A DNA stretch of 41,797 bases from Armatimonadota bacterium (GTDB lineage Bacteria > Armatimonadota > SYMT01): positions 1 to 41,797 of the forward strand of contig JBKBRF010000054.1 of the NCBI GenBank assembly GCA_046292385.1. Reading direction: 5' to 3'. A program made the translations under genes and the position numbers. The notes beneath the pieces were generated by a model, which worked only from the letters and a program-made list of their open reading frames with translations, did no database searches and was not told the origin of the DNA. This document shows, piece by piece, positions 17,724 through 27,224 of the stretch (the stretch's first letter is position 1; each line of letters opens with the position of its first letter).

Positions 17724-18320
17724 CTAACCCGCCGGGGATCCGGTACTCGAGACGTTCACGATCTCCGCCCCCTCCCGCTGCAGCCGCTCCAGCATCGCCT
17801 GTCCCTGCGCCGGGACGACCGCGCGCATTCCCTGCGGGACGAGCACCACTTCATACCCCCGGCTCAGCGCCTCGACCGCGGTCTGGCCCACGCAGTAGTC
17901 GGTCGCCAGGCCCACCAGGAAGATGCGCCGCGCCCCGGCAGCGCGCAGCAGCGGGTCCAGGTCGGTCCGCTCGAAGTTGGAGTACGACTCGTCCCCGGCC
18001 TCGACGCCTTTGGAGACGACCGGTGTGCCGGGCGGGAGCCGCAGCTCCGCGGAGAACTCGGCGCCGGGGGTGCCGGTCACGCAGTGTGGCGGCCACGGCC
18101 CCCCCTCTGCGGCGAAGGAGCGGTGGTCGGCGGAGTGCCAGTCGCGGGTGGCGACGACCGGCAGGCCGGCCTCCGCGAACCGCTCCGCCAGGGCGTTGAC
18201 CACCGGCAGGATCTGGTCGCCGTCTGCCACGGCCAGGCTGCCGCCCGGCAGGAAGTCGTTCTGAACGTCGACGATCACCAGCGCGTCGCCCGGTTGTAGG
18301 GAGATCTCCTTCGGGTCCAT
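17724..18320 (-). CDS. pncA: nicotinamidase/pyrazinamidase
   Basis: VDVQNDF, DWH, WPPHCV, KG, GLATDYCV motifs. Confidence 0.95.
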   Translation of the reverse strand: MDPKEISLQPGDALVIVDVQNDFLPGGSLAVADGDQILPVVNALAERFAEAGLPVVATRDWHSADHRSFAAEGGPWPPHCVTGTPGAEFSAELRLPPGTPVVSKGVEAGDESYSNFERTDLDPLLRAAGARRIFLVGLATDYCVGQTAVEALSRGYEVVLVPQGMRAVVPAQGQAMLERLQREGAEIVNVSSTGSPAG

Positions 18321-18359
18321 GTCTCGCTCCCCGCCCCTGCACGTGGGGGCTACTTGCTT

Positions 18360-18377
18360 CAGTATGCCGGAATACTG
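18360..18377. promoter_or_regulatory. palindromic operator candidate between divergent pncA and pncB
   Basis: CAGTATgCCGGaATACTG, 18-bp palindrome with one mismatched pair. Confidence 0.45.
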
Positions 18378-18478
18378 CCGCCGGCGGACGGTGGACTACG
18401 GAGGCTCCTCTGCTGTATCACGAGAGACACGGGCGCCCGGTAGGCTGCGCGAGAGACCGGAGGGGGAGAGGAGAGACC

Positions 18479-19837
18479 GTGAAGACGCTGGGACTGCTGG
18501 GGGAGCCGGGGAGCTGCGGCCTGGCGACTGACCTGTACGAGCTGACGATGGCGGCCGCCTACTTCGAGGCGGGGATGGCGCCGGTCTCCGCCACCTTCAA
18601 CCTGTTCGTCCGCCGCCTGCCCCCGGATCGCGGCTACCTGGTGACGGCCGGGCTGGAGCAGGCGCTCGAGTACCTCCGGGCGCTCCGCTTCGACGGGGCG
18701 AGCCTCGACTACCTGCGCGCCCTACCTCACTTCGCGGCGGTCGGCGGCGCGTACTGGGAGTACCTCCGCGACTTCCGCTTCACCGGAGACGTGGAAGCGA
18801 TGCCGGAAGGCACGGTCGCCTTCGCCAACGAGCCGCTCCTGCAGGTGCGCGGCCCGCTCATCGAGGCGCAGATGGTGGAGACGTTCCTGCTGGCAACGAT
18901 CAACCACCAGACGCTCATCGCCACCAAGGCGGCGCGGGTGGTGGACGCCGCGGCGGGGCGCGACGTGGTGGAGTTCGGGGCGCGGCGCGCCCACGGCTTC
19001 GACGCCGCGAACTACGGCGCACGGGCGGCGGTGATCGGGGGGTGCGTCGGCACCTCCAACGTGCTGGCGGGCCGCACCTTCGGCATCCCGGTCTCCGGGA
19101 CCGCGGCTCACAGCTTCATCATGTCGTTCGAGCACGAGCGGGAGGCGTTCCGCACCTTCCACCGCTCCTTCCCCCACCACACGATCCTTCTGATCGACAC
19201 CTACGACACGCTGGAGGGCGCGCGCCGGGCCGCGGAGCTGGGCCCCTCCGTCCGCGGGGTGCGCCTCGACAGCGGCGACGTGCTGACGCTGAGTCGGCAG
19301 GTGCGGCGCATCCTGGACGAGGCTGGCTTGGAGAAGACGATCATCGCCGCCAGCGGGGACCTGAACGAATACGAGATCGAGCGGATGGTCCGGGCCGGCG
19401 CGCCGATCGACCTGTTCGGAGTCGGCACCGAGCTGATCACCTCCCGGGACGCACCGGCGCTGGGAGGGGTCTACAAGCTGGTCGCCATCGACGACGAGGG
19501 GCGTCACCGCGCGGTGCGCAAGCTGAGCCCGGACAAGGCGACCTATCCGGACGCCAAGCAGGTGTTCCGGATCCGCCGCCCGGACGGCGAGCTCGAGGGG
19601 GACACGCTGGCGCTGCGCGGAGAAGCGCTGCCGGGTGAGCCGCTGCTGACTCCGGTGCTGCGGGGAGGGGAAATGGTCGCGCCGCTCCCCGCGCTGCCGG
19701 AGATCCGGGCTCGCGCTCTCGAGCAGCGGGCGGCGCTGCCCGAGGGGGTCCGGCGCCTGCGAGACCCGGAGCCGTTTCCGGTGAAGATCAGCGACCGCCT
19801 GCAGGAGTTGACTGCCAGCACCCGGCCGCAGGACTGA
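18479..19837 (+). CDS. pncB: nicotinate phosphoribosyltransferase
   Basis: TDLYELTM, EFGARRAH, GTAAHS, LIDTYD, GVRLDSGD, GVYKLV. Confidence 0.96.
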   Translation: MKTLGLLGEPGSCGLATDLYELTMAAAYFEAGMAPVSATFNLFVRRLPPDRGYLVTAGLEQALEYLRALRFDGASLDYLRALPHFAAVGGAYWEYLRDFRFTGDVEAMPEGTVAFANEPLLQVRGPLIEAQMVETFLLATINHQTLIATKAARVVDAAAGRDVVEFGARRAHGFDAANYGARAAVIGGCVGTSNVLAGRTFGIPVSGTAAHSFIMSFEHEREAFRTFHRSFPHHTILLIDTYDTLEGARRAAELGPSVRGVRLDSGDVLTLSRQVRRILDEAGLEKTIIAASGDLNEYEIERMVRAGAPIDLFGVGTELITSRDAPALGGVYKLVAIDDEGRHRAVRKLSPDKATYPDAKQVFRIRRPDGELEGDTLALRGEALPGEPLLTPVLRGGEMVAPLPALPEIRARALEQRAALPEGVRRLRDPEPFPVKISDRLQELTASTRPQD

Positions 19838-19919
19838 GCGGCCGTTCAGGCCCCCGTCCGGAAGGAAACCCGGCCGCACCTCGGTAACGGATCACCACCT
19901 GTATCCTGGGAGGCACCTG

Positions 19920-20720
19920 ATGGCGAACAAGATTCTGTGGGAAGAGCACACCTGGCCGGAGCTGAAGGAAGCGGCCGCGCAGGACCGGGTGGTGGTGATC
20001 CCGGTCGGAACGATCGAGCAGCACGGCCCGCACCTGCCGCTCTCCACCGACTGCATCACTTCCCGGGAGATCGCCCGGTGCGTGGTGGAGCGGATCCCGG
20101 ACGAGGCGGTCCTGATGCCGCAAGTCTACTACTCGTTCAATTTCCACCACCTCGACTTCCCCGGCACGATCGCGGTGGACGGCCACACGATCATCGACTA
20201 CGTCTCGGACATCGGGAAGAGCGTGGCGCACCACGGGTTCAAGAAGATCCTGCTGGTGAACGGGCACGGCAGCAACGTGCCGTTCCTCGACATCGCCGCC
20301 CGCAACATCACCAACCACACCGAGACGACGGTCGCGGCGCTCATCTCCTGGTGGTCGCTCGCCGATCCGGCGCTCTCTGAGTTCCGCGAGGCGGAGTACC
20401 CGGGCGGGTTGGCGCACGGCTGCGAGCTGGAGACGAGCGTGATCCTCCACTTCCGGCCGGACCTGGTGCAGATGGAGAAGGCGGAGCACGACATCAGCTA
20501 TCCGAAGAGCCAGTTCTTCTACTGGGACCTCCAGCGCCCGAGCCCCGTGGTCTTCCAGGAGTTCTTCAGCCGCAACAGCCGCACCGGCACCCAGGGAGAT
20601 CCGCGCACCGCCAGCCGGGAGAAGGGCGCGCGCGTGGTGGAGTGCGTGGTGAGCCGGATGGTGGAGCTGGTGCGGGCATTTCGCGCGCGCCCGATTGCAC
20701 CTCGCGTCGATCATCACTAA
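19920..20720 (+). CDS. creatininase / creatinine amidohydrolase family protein
   Basis: PVGTIEQHGPHLPLSTD, FPGTI, NGHGSN, HGCELETS. Confidence 0.92.
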   Translation: MANKILWEEHTWPELKEAAAQDRVVVIPVGTIEQHGPHLPLSTDCITSREIARCVVERIPDEAVLMPQVYYSFNFHHLDFPGTIAVDGHTIIDYVSDIGKSVAHHGFKKILLVNGHGSNVPFLDIAARNITNHTETTVAALISWWSLADPALSEFREAEYPGGLAHGCELETSVILHFRPDLVQMEKAEHDISYPKSQFFYWDLQRPSPVVFQEFFSRNSRTGTQGDPRTASREKGARVVECVVSRMVELVRAFRARPIAPRVDHH

Positions 20721-20872
20721 AAGTTTTCCGGCATGCTGTCTTTCGGCGAGATGGCGGCATCGACTGCCGCCATCTCGCGTTTTTCTGCGCGCCCCGTTCG
20801 TCAGCCCCCACAATCAAACGGAGGTCCCCGGAAGCCTCGCCATTCGGCGGACCTCGACTCGTCTTTCATTCC

Positions 20873-23800
20873 GTGAGCTGTCCTGAATTCCCCCAGTGTC
20901 CTCCGTCGTGTCTCGACTCCCTCTGTCGCCTGCTGCTGAAGGAAGGTCCGCGAGAGGAAGCGCTCGACCGCCTGGCCGGCCTGGCCGTGCGGCTGCTGAA
21001 CGCGTCCGGCGCCCTGATCTACCTGACCGACGGGGCGCGCCGGGTGGTAAAGGGCCGCGCCGGCTCCGGTGAGAGTGCCGGAGCCCCGCTGACCGTCCCG
21101 ATCCGCACCTCGGGCGGCGAGCTGCTCGGCACGCTGGAAGTCCTGGACGAGGGTGCGCGCCGCTGGACGGAGGCGGACCACGACGACGCCGCCGGGGTAG
21201 CGGAGCTCGTCGCCACCGAGCTGCAGCTCCGCGCGGAGATCGCGGGGCGCCGGCGCAGCGAGCGCGACCTGCGGGACGTGCTCACCCGCGCGCGCTGCCT
21301 CGTGTGGCACGCGGAGATCACGCAGGACGAGCAGGGCGGCCTGATCTGGGCGATGCACCCCGTCGACGCGGACGCGGCAGCCTGGCTGCTGCCGCCGTCG
21401 CACGACGGGAGCTTCTCCGTGGCGTGGGAGTGCGCCAGGCTGCCGGAGGACCGCGAGCGTGCCGTGAGCCACGCGCGGGCATCCGTGCTGCGCGGGGAGG
21501 ATTACTCCGTCGATTTCCGCTGCCGCGACCGGGAAGGCCGGCTGCGCTGGATCCGCGAAGAGGTGCGGGTCGACCCGGACGGCCCGGGCCGCTGGCGCGC
21601 GGTCGGGGTCTGCACCGACGTCTCCGACCAGCGGTTCGCGGAGCACGCGCTGCGAGAAAGCGAGCAGCTCTTCCGCGGCCTGGTGCAGCATACCTCCGAC
21701 GTGCTCACGATCCTGGCGCCGGACGGCACCATCCGGTATGAGAGCCCCTCCGTCAGCCGCGTGCTCGGCTATGACCAGGACGAGCTGATCGGGACCAACG
21801 TCTTCGACCGGATCCACCCGGACGACGCTCCGGCCGTCCGAGAGGTGGTGGCTCGCTACCTGCGTGATCCGGAGACGCGGGAGAGCTGCGAGCTCCGGTT
21901 CCGGCACGCGGACGGCTCCTGGCGCTGGTTCGAGTCGATCGCGATGAACCGCGTCGACGACCCGCAGATCCGCGGTCTGGTGGCGAACTGCCGCGACATC
22001 ACGGAGCGAAAGCGCACCGAGGCGTGGCAGCGGGCGGTGCTCGAATCCGCGGACGAGCTGATGCGGGCGCCGGATGAGTCGACGCTCTACCGGCGCGCGG
22101 TGGAGCTGGCCCGCGACCGGCTGGGGATCGAGCGCTGCGGCATCTTCATCCTGGACGACGCGGGGGACTGGGCGAGGGGGACCTGGGGCATCGACATGCG
22201 GGGCCGGCTGGTATCCCTCGACGGATGCCGGATCCCGACCACCGGCGAGACGCGAGCCGTGCTGTACGGAGGAAGCGGTGGTGCGCCGCCGTGGAGCGCG
22301 GAAACCGTGGCGACACTGCGGTCCTACGAGGGCGGTTGCACCCAGGAAGTCGGTCACGGATGGGTGGCACGGACGCCGATCCGCTCATCCAGCGCCCCGA
22401 TCGGCCTGATGTTCAACGACACCGCCATCTCCGGCGCGGCCCTGGATGCCGCGCAGCAGGAGACGCTCGCAATGTTCTGCGCCCTGCTCGGCACCATCTC
22501 CGAGCGCCTCCGCGCGGAGGTCTCCCTGCGCGAGCAGCACGCCCTGATCCAGGCGGTGGTGGAGGGCACCTCGGACGCGGTCTTCGTGAAGGACCTTGAA
22601 GGCCGGTACCTGATGATCAACTCCGCCGGGGCGGCGATGCTCGGCGCGAGCGTCGAAGAAGTGGTGGGCCGCACGGACGAAGCCTTCTTCCCCCCGGACG
22701 AGGTGAGGCTGATCCGGGACACCGACGGGAGGGTGCGCCGCTCCGGCGAGCGGACCACCTACATCACGCAGGACTCGCGCGACGGGAAGCAGCGCACCCT
22801 GATGGCGATCAAGGCCCCGTTCCGAAGCGTCACCGGCGAGGTGCTGGGGGTGGTGGGGATCGTTCGGGACATCACGGAAGTCCGGCAGCTCGAGCACCAG
22901 CTCCGCCAGGCGCAGAAGATGGACGCCATCGGCCAGCTTGCCGGCGGCATCGCGCACGACTTCAACAACATGCTGGCGGTCATCACCGGCTATACCAACC
23001 TGCTGCTCGACCGCCTGCCTGCCGACGATCCCACCCGCGCGCCGATCCTGGAGATCCACCGGGCGGGAGAGCGCGCCTCCGGCCTGACCCGGCAGCTTCT
23101 GGCGTTCAGCCGGCGGCAGATCCTCGAGCCGCGGGTGCTCGACCTGAACGAGCTGGTTCGCACCACCGCCGGCATGCTGGACCGGCTCATCGGCGAGGAT
23201 ATCGAGCTGATGACGCAGTCGGGTCCGGAGCTGGGGCGTGTCAAGGCGGACCCGGGCCAGATCGAGCAGGTGCTGGTGAACCTGGTGGTCAACGCGCGCG
23301 ACGCGATGCCGCACGGCGGCCGCCTGACCATCGCGACCCGGAACGTCGACCTGGAGGGGCCGTTCGTCCGCGAGCACCCGGAAGTGCTGCCGGGCCGGTA
23401 CGTGGCGCTGGCGGTGCGGGACACCGGCACCGGCATGGCGCCGGACGTCGCCGCGCGGGCTTTCGAGCCGTTTTTCACCACCAAGGACGTGGGAAAGGGC
23501 ACCGGCCTGGGGCTGGCGACGGTCTACGGAATCATCAAGCAGAGCGGCGGCTACATCTACCTCAAAACGGCGCCCGGCAAGGGGAGCGAGTTCACCGTCT
23601 ACCTGCCGCGGATCGACCGCGAGTGCCGGCAAGACGCTCCCGTAACCGCTCCCGCGCTCCCGGACGGCACCGAGACGCTGCTGGTGGTGGAAGACGAGGA
23701 GATGCTGCGGCGGCTGGCGGTGCGCGTACTGGAGGGCTGCGGCTACACCGTGCTCCAGGCCCGCAACCGCATCGACGCCCTCCGGGTGGCAGGCGAGCAC

Positions 23801-24037
23801 GAAGGCCCGATCCACCTGCTCCTGACCGACGTGGTGATGCCCGGAGGAGGCGGCAGCACCCTGGCTAAGGAGCTGCAGGAGAACCGCCCGGAGACCCGGG
23901 TCCTCTACATGTCGGGCTACACCGAGGATGCCATCGTGCGGCACGGCCTGGCCCGGGCGGAAGTTTCCTTCCTGCCCAAGCCGTTCTCACCGCTGGAGCT
24001 GGCGAGGAAGGTCCGCTCCGTCCTGGACTCGTACTGA
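20873..24037 (+). CDS. hybrid sensor histidine kinase/response regulator (GAF-PAS-PAS-GAF-PAS-HisKA-HATPase-REC; CckA-like), cytoplasmic
   Basis: AGGIAHDFNN H-box; NLVVNARDAM; FTTKDVGKGTGLGL; receiver LLTDVVMP/KPF; start uncertain. Confidence 0.93.
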   Translation: MSCPEFPQCPPSCLDSLCRLLLKEGPREEALDRLAGLAVRLLNASGALIYLTDGARRVVKGRAGSGESAGAPLTVPIRTSGGELLGTLEVLDEGARRWTEADHDDAAGVAELVATELQLRAEIAGRRRSERDLRDVLTRARCLVWHAEITQDEQGGLIWAMHPVDADAAAWLLPPSHDGSFSVAWECARLPEDRERAVSHARASVLRGEDYSVDFRCRDREGRLRWIREEVRVDPDGPGRWRAVGVCTDVSDQRFAEHALRESEQLFRGLVQHTSDVLTILAPDGTIRYESPSVSRVLGYDQDELIGTNVFDRIHPDDAPAVREVVARYLRDPETRESCELRFRHADGSWRWFESIAMNRVDDPQIRGLVANCRDITERKRTEAWQRAVLESADELMRAPDESTLYRRAVELARDRLGIERCGIFILDDAGDWARGTWGIDMRGRLVSLDGCRIPTTGETRAVLYGGSGGAPPWSAETVATLRSYEGGCTQEVGHGWVARTPIRSSSAPIGLMFNDTAISGAALDAAQQETLAMFCALLGTISERLRAEVSLREQHALIQAVVEGTSDAVFVKDLEGRYLMINSAGAAMLGASVEEVVGRTDEAFFPPDEVRLIRDTDGRVRRSGERTTYITQDSRDGKQRTLMAIKAPFRSVTGEVLGVVGIVRDITEVRQLEHQLRQAQKMDAIGQLAGGIAHDFNNMLAVITGYTNLLLDRLPADDPTRAPILEIHRAGERASGLTRQLLAFSRRQILEPRVLDLNELVRTTAGMLDRLIGEDIELMTQSGPELGRVKADPGQIEQVLVNLVVNARDAMPHGGRLTIATRNVDLEGPFVREHPEVLPGRYVALAVRDTGTGMAPDVAARAFEPFFTTKDVGKGTGLGLATVYGIIKQSGGYIYLKTAPGKGSEFTVYLPRIDRECRQDAPVTAPALPDGTETLLVVEDEEMLRRLAVRVLEGCGYTVLQARNRIDALRVAGEHEGPIHLLLTDVVMPGGGGSTLAKELQENRPETRVLYMSGYTEDAIVRHGLARAEVSFLPKPFSPLELARKVRSVLDSY

Positions 24038-24038
24038 G

Positions 24039-24084
24039 CTCACTACGAACGCGCCCGCGGCACGGGCTTCGCGTTCGTAGTGAG
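24039..24084. terminator. bidirectional hairpin between convergent genes
   Basis: 15-bp perfect stem ctcactacgaacgcg/cgcgttcgtagtgag. Confidence 0.7.
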
Positions 24085-24095
24085 GCGACTTCCGT

Positions 24096-24842
24096 CTACG
24101 CCAGGCGGGCGATCTCGTCGTCGGGGATGTCGAAGTTCGCGTAGACGTTCTGGACGTCGTCGTGATCTTCGAGCTGGTCCATCATCCGCAGCACCTGCTG
24201 CACCGGCTGGCCCTCCAACCGGACCGTGGTGGTGGGCACCATCGTGAGGTCGGCGTTCTTGATCTCAAACCCGGCCTCTTCCAGCGCGTCGCGGACGGAG
24301 CCGAAGTCTTCCGGAGCCGTATAGACGTCGAACGTCTCCTCTTCCGTGCGGATATCGTCCGCGCCCGCTTCCAGGACGGCTTCCATCACCTCGTCCTCGG
24401 ACTTGCCGTTCTTGGCTACCGAGATGAGACCGCGGCGGTTGAAGAGCCAGCCGACGCTGCCCGACTCGCCGAGGTTGCCGCCGCACTTGGAAAAGATGTT
24501 CCGGATCTCCGCCACCGTGCGGTTGCGGTTGTCCGTAGCGCACTGCACCAGCACCGCCACCCCGTTCGGGCCGTAGCCCTCGTAGGTCAGCTCGTCGTAG
24601 ATGGCGCCTTCCACTTCGCCCGTGCCGCGCTGGATGGCGCTCTTGATGCGGTCCGCCGGCATGCTGTTCTCGCGCGCCTTCTGGACCGCCATCCGGAGCC
24701 GGAGGTTGGCATCCGGGTTTCCGCCCCCCGCCTTGGCGGCCATGATGATCTCGCGCGAGAGCTTGGTGAAGATCTTCCCCCGCTCCGCGTCCATCTTGCC
24801 CTTCTTCAGGCGGATGTTATGCCATTTGGAATGCCCCGACAT
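24096..24842 (-). CDS. yebC: YebC/PmpR family protein
   Basis: MSGHSKWHNI, YEGYGP, TDNRNRT, DDVQNVYAN. Confidence 0.97.
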   Translation of the reverse strand: MSGHSKWHNIRLKKGKMDAERGKIFTKLSREIIMAAKAGGGNPDANLRLRMAVQKARENSMPADRIKSAIQRGTGEVEGAIYDELTYEGYGPNGVAVLVQCATDNRNRTVAEIRNIFSKCGGNLGESGSVGWLFNRRGLISVAKNGKSEDEVMEAVLEAGADDIRTEEETFDVYTAPEDFGSVRDALEEAGFEIKNADLTMVPTTTVRLEGQPVQQVLRMMDQLEDHDDVQNVYANFDIPDDEIARLA

Positions 24843-24914
24843 AGCTCCCTCGCTCCCTGGGGTGGTGTAGTGCCGCGGCGTGACAGGCCGGCGGGCGGCG
24901 CAAAAATGCGCTCG

Positions 24915-24944
24915 ATTATATCAAGCAGGCGCGCAGCCGGTCAA
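24915..24944 (-). promoter_or_regulatory. sigma70 promoter of yebC
   Basis: Minus strand TTGACC-N18-TATAAT with extended -10 TG. Confidence 0.65.
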
Positions 24945-25114
24945 ACCGGGCAAGCGGCGCTTCCGTCCGGTTAACACGGAAGGACTGCCCCTCCGGATCG
25001 ACGAAGCGGCATGCAGCACCGGCCCCGGCGTACCCCCGGGCGAGCGCACCCGTTGGTAGAGTGAGGAGCACTGATCCGTAGACCCGTTCTGCCTGCCGGC
25101 CCAGGAGAGAAGCG

Positions 25115-25813
25115 ATGAGCCAGGTCCAACTGCAGAGCAATGAGAAGGTCGACCGCTATCTGGAGAGCCTCCGCCTGCACCTGATGGACGTTCCCGCGGA
25201 GGAGCGGCAGTGGCTGCTGCAGCAGGGGCGCGCCCGCATCGAGCTGGCCCTGGAGCTGGAAGGGGCGGGGATGGTAGACGAGGCCGACGTGGAGCGGGTG
25301 CTGGCGAAGCTGGACGATCCGGCGACCCTCGCCCAGCGGCTGCGCGCCCAGGCGCCGCCCAGTCCGCAGGCCACCCCCGCGGGACGGACCGCCCCCTGTC
25401 GCTCCTGCCGGCGCGAGGTGAGCACGGAGGCGCTCTCCTGCCCTCAGTGCGGCGCCCCGTGGCCTGCGCGGCAAGCTTGGCGCGGCTGGGGCTACGAGTG
25501 GAAATCGGAGACCACGGTCCTCGGCGTGCCGCTGGTCCACGTGGCGTTCGGCCGGGACGAGAACGGGAAGCTGCGGGTGGCGAAGGGGATCGTCGCCATC
25601 GGCCAGTTCGGGATCGGCGCGATCACCATCGCGCAGTTCGGGGTCGGCGCGGTCTTCGGCCTGGGTCAGTTCGTCCTCGCCCCGCTGGCGATCGGCCAGT
25701 TCGCCTTCGGTCTGGCCGCCGCGGGGCAGTTCGGCATCGGCCTCCTCTACGGCGCCGGCCAGATCGCCACCGGGGCGCTCAAAGCCTGGGGAATGATCAA
25801 GCTCGGCGGCTGA
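25115..25813 (+). CDS. membrane protein: HAAS/DUF1700-like N-terminus, zinc ribbon, Gly-rich hydrophobic repeats
   Basis: VDRYLESLR...LAKLDDP; CRSC...CPQCG; repeated G(I/A)xAIGQF; RBS AGGAGA. Confidence 0.8.
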   Translation: MSQVQLQSNEKVDRYLESLRLHLMDVPAEERQWLLQQGRARIELALELEGAGMVDEADVERVLAKLDDPATLAQRLRAQAPPSPQATPAGRTAPCRSCRREVSTEALSCPQCGAPWPARQAWRGWGYEWKSETTVLGVPLVHVAFGRDENGKLRVAKGIVAIGQFGIGAITIAQFGVGAVFGLGQFVLAPLAIGQFAFGLAAAGQFGIGLLYGAGQIATGALKAWGMIKLGG

Positions 25814-25819
25814 CCCTTG

Positions 25820-25958
25820 AAGGATGAAGGATGAACGATGAGGGATCCTAAAGGCTAAAGTCAAAAGGCTAAAGGCTAAAGTTCCGAACCACCTCTCGTC
25901 GAAGAATGGTCCGGGACTTTAGCCTTTTGCCTTTAGCCTTTTGACTTTAGCCTTCAGG
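25820..25958. repeat. intergenic element C: AAGGATG x4 and CTAAAGG-type x5 arm / CCGAACC..GGTCCGG core / inverted CCTTTAG-type arm
   Basis: Direct reading; inner arms form a long hairpin 25847-25958. Confidence 0.85.
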
Positions 25959-25971
25959 AAGGCCATTCCCG

Positions 25972-27090
25972 ATGAAGATCCGCTCGCTTACGGCTCACGC
26001 GGTCGAAGTTCCGATCCGGCGGGAGCTGATGATCACCAGCTCCCTCGGCTCCCACCGGGTCTCCCACCCGGTGCTGGTGCGGCTGGAGACGGAGGACGGC
26101 GTCGTCGGGATCGGGGAGGCGACCGTGACCCCCGAGTGGAGTGGGGAGACCGCCTGGGGGGCGCGGGCGCTCATCGACCGCTGCTTCGCGCCGGTCGCTC
26201 TCGGTCGGCGGGTGGACGACGTGCCGGCCCTGCTCGCCGCGCTCGAGCGCGCCGCGGTGCTGAACCCGTTCGCCAGGTCGGCGGTGGAGGCGGCTGCGCT
26301 CGACGCCTGGGGTAAGACGCTGCGGAAGCCGGTCTTCGAGCTGCTCGGCGGCGCCGTGCGCGACCTTCGCCTGCCGATCCGCTTCTCCCTGGCCGCCGCC
26401 GCGCCGGCCGCCGCCGCGGAGAATGCCCGGCGCCGTGTTGCCTGGGGACACCGGACCGTCAAGGTGAAGGTCGGCCTGGACCCGGCGGAAGACGTGGAGC
26501 GGGTGGCGGCAGTGCGGGACGCGATCGGGCCGGAGATCGAGCTCACCGTCGACGCCAACGGCGGCTGGAGTGTGGACGACGCGGTGTGGGCGCTCCGGCG
26601 GATGGAGCCGTACCGCCTGCTGCTGGCGGAGCAGCCGGTGCGGCGGGAAGACCTGGACGGCATGGCGGAGGTGCGCCGGCGAATTCAGGTCCCGGTGATG
26701 GCGGACGAGTCGGTCTTCACCGTGTGGGAGGCGCGCGAGGCGCTGCGCCGGGAGGCGTGCGACCTGATCAGCGTCTACCCGGGAAAGAACGGAGGGCTCA
26801 CGGTGAGCCGTCACATCGCGGAGCTGGCGGCGGAGCGCGGTGTCGCCTGCGCGGTCGGCAGCAACCTGGAGCTCGATCCCGCCACCGCCGCCATGTGCCA
26901 CCTTTCGGTCTGTACCCCGAACGTCGCCGCGGAGCGCTACCACGGCGACATCCTGGGGCCTCTTTACCATGAGGCCTCTGTCGCGAAGGACCCGGTGCGG
27001 CTGGAAGGCGGCTTCGTCCACTGCCCGGACGGGCCGGGCTTCGGGGTGGAAGTCGCCTGGACGCAGGTAGAGCGGCTGGCGCTGCCCTGA
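25972..27090 (+). CDS. enolase superfamily, muconate cycloisomerase / dipeptide epimerase subgroup
   Basis: KVK, DANG, EQP and DES metal/catalytic motifs; GIGEA cap domain. Confidence 0.9.
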   Translation: MKIRSLTAHAVEVPIRRELMITSSLGSHRVSHPVLVRLETEDGVVGIGEATVTPEWSGETAWGARALIDRCFAPVALGRRVDDVPALLAALERAAVLNPFARSAVEAAALDAWGKTLRKPVFELLGGAVRDLRLPIRFSLAAAAPAAAAENARRRVAWGHRTVKVKVGLDPAEDVERVAAVRDAIGPEIELTVDANGGWSVDDAVWALRRMEPYRLLLAEQPVRREDLDGMAEVRRRIQVPVMADESVFTVWEAREALRREACDLISVYPGKNGGLTVSRHIAELAAERGVACAVGSNLELDPATAAMCHLSVCTPNVAAERYHGDILGPLYHEASVAKDPVRLEGGFVHCPDGPGFGVEVAWTQVERLALP

Positions 27091-27224
27091 CCGCCAGAAC
27101 TCCCGCGATGTGGAGATTCTGGTGTTTCGGCGCCGCTCCGTTGTCGTGCCCGGGACCTGTCGTATACGCTTTTCTTTGACGCGGGCGCTCCCAACTCCCG
27201 GTCCGCTCGCTCCGCACCTGCGGC

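Noticed and set aside
19920..20720. Mycofactocin peptidase MftE
   Set aside because: No mftA/B/C genes nearby; only the general creatininase family is supported
25820..25958. CRISPR array
   Set aside because: Units are 6-8 nt with no unique spacers, and there are no cas genes
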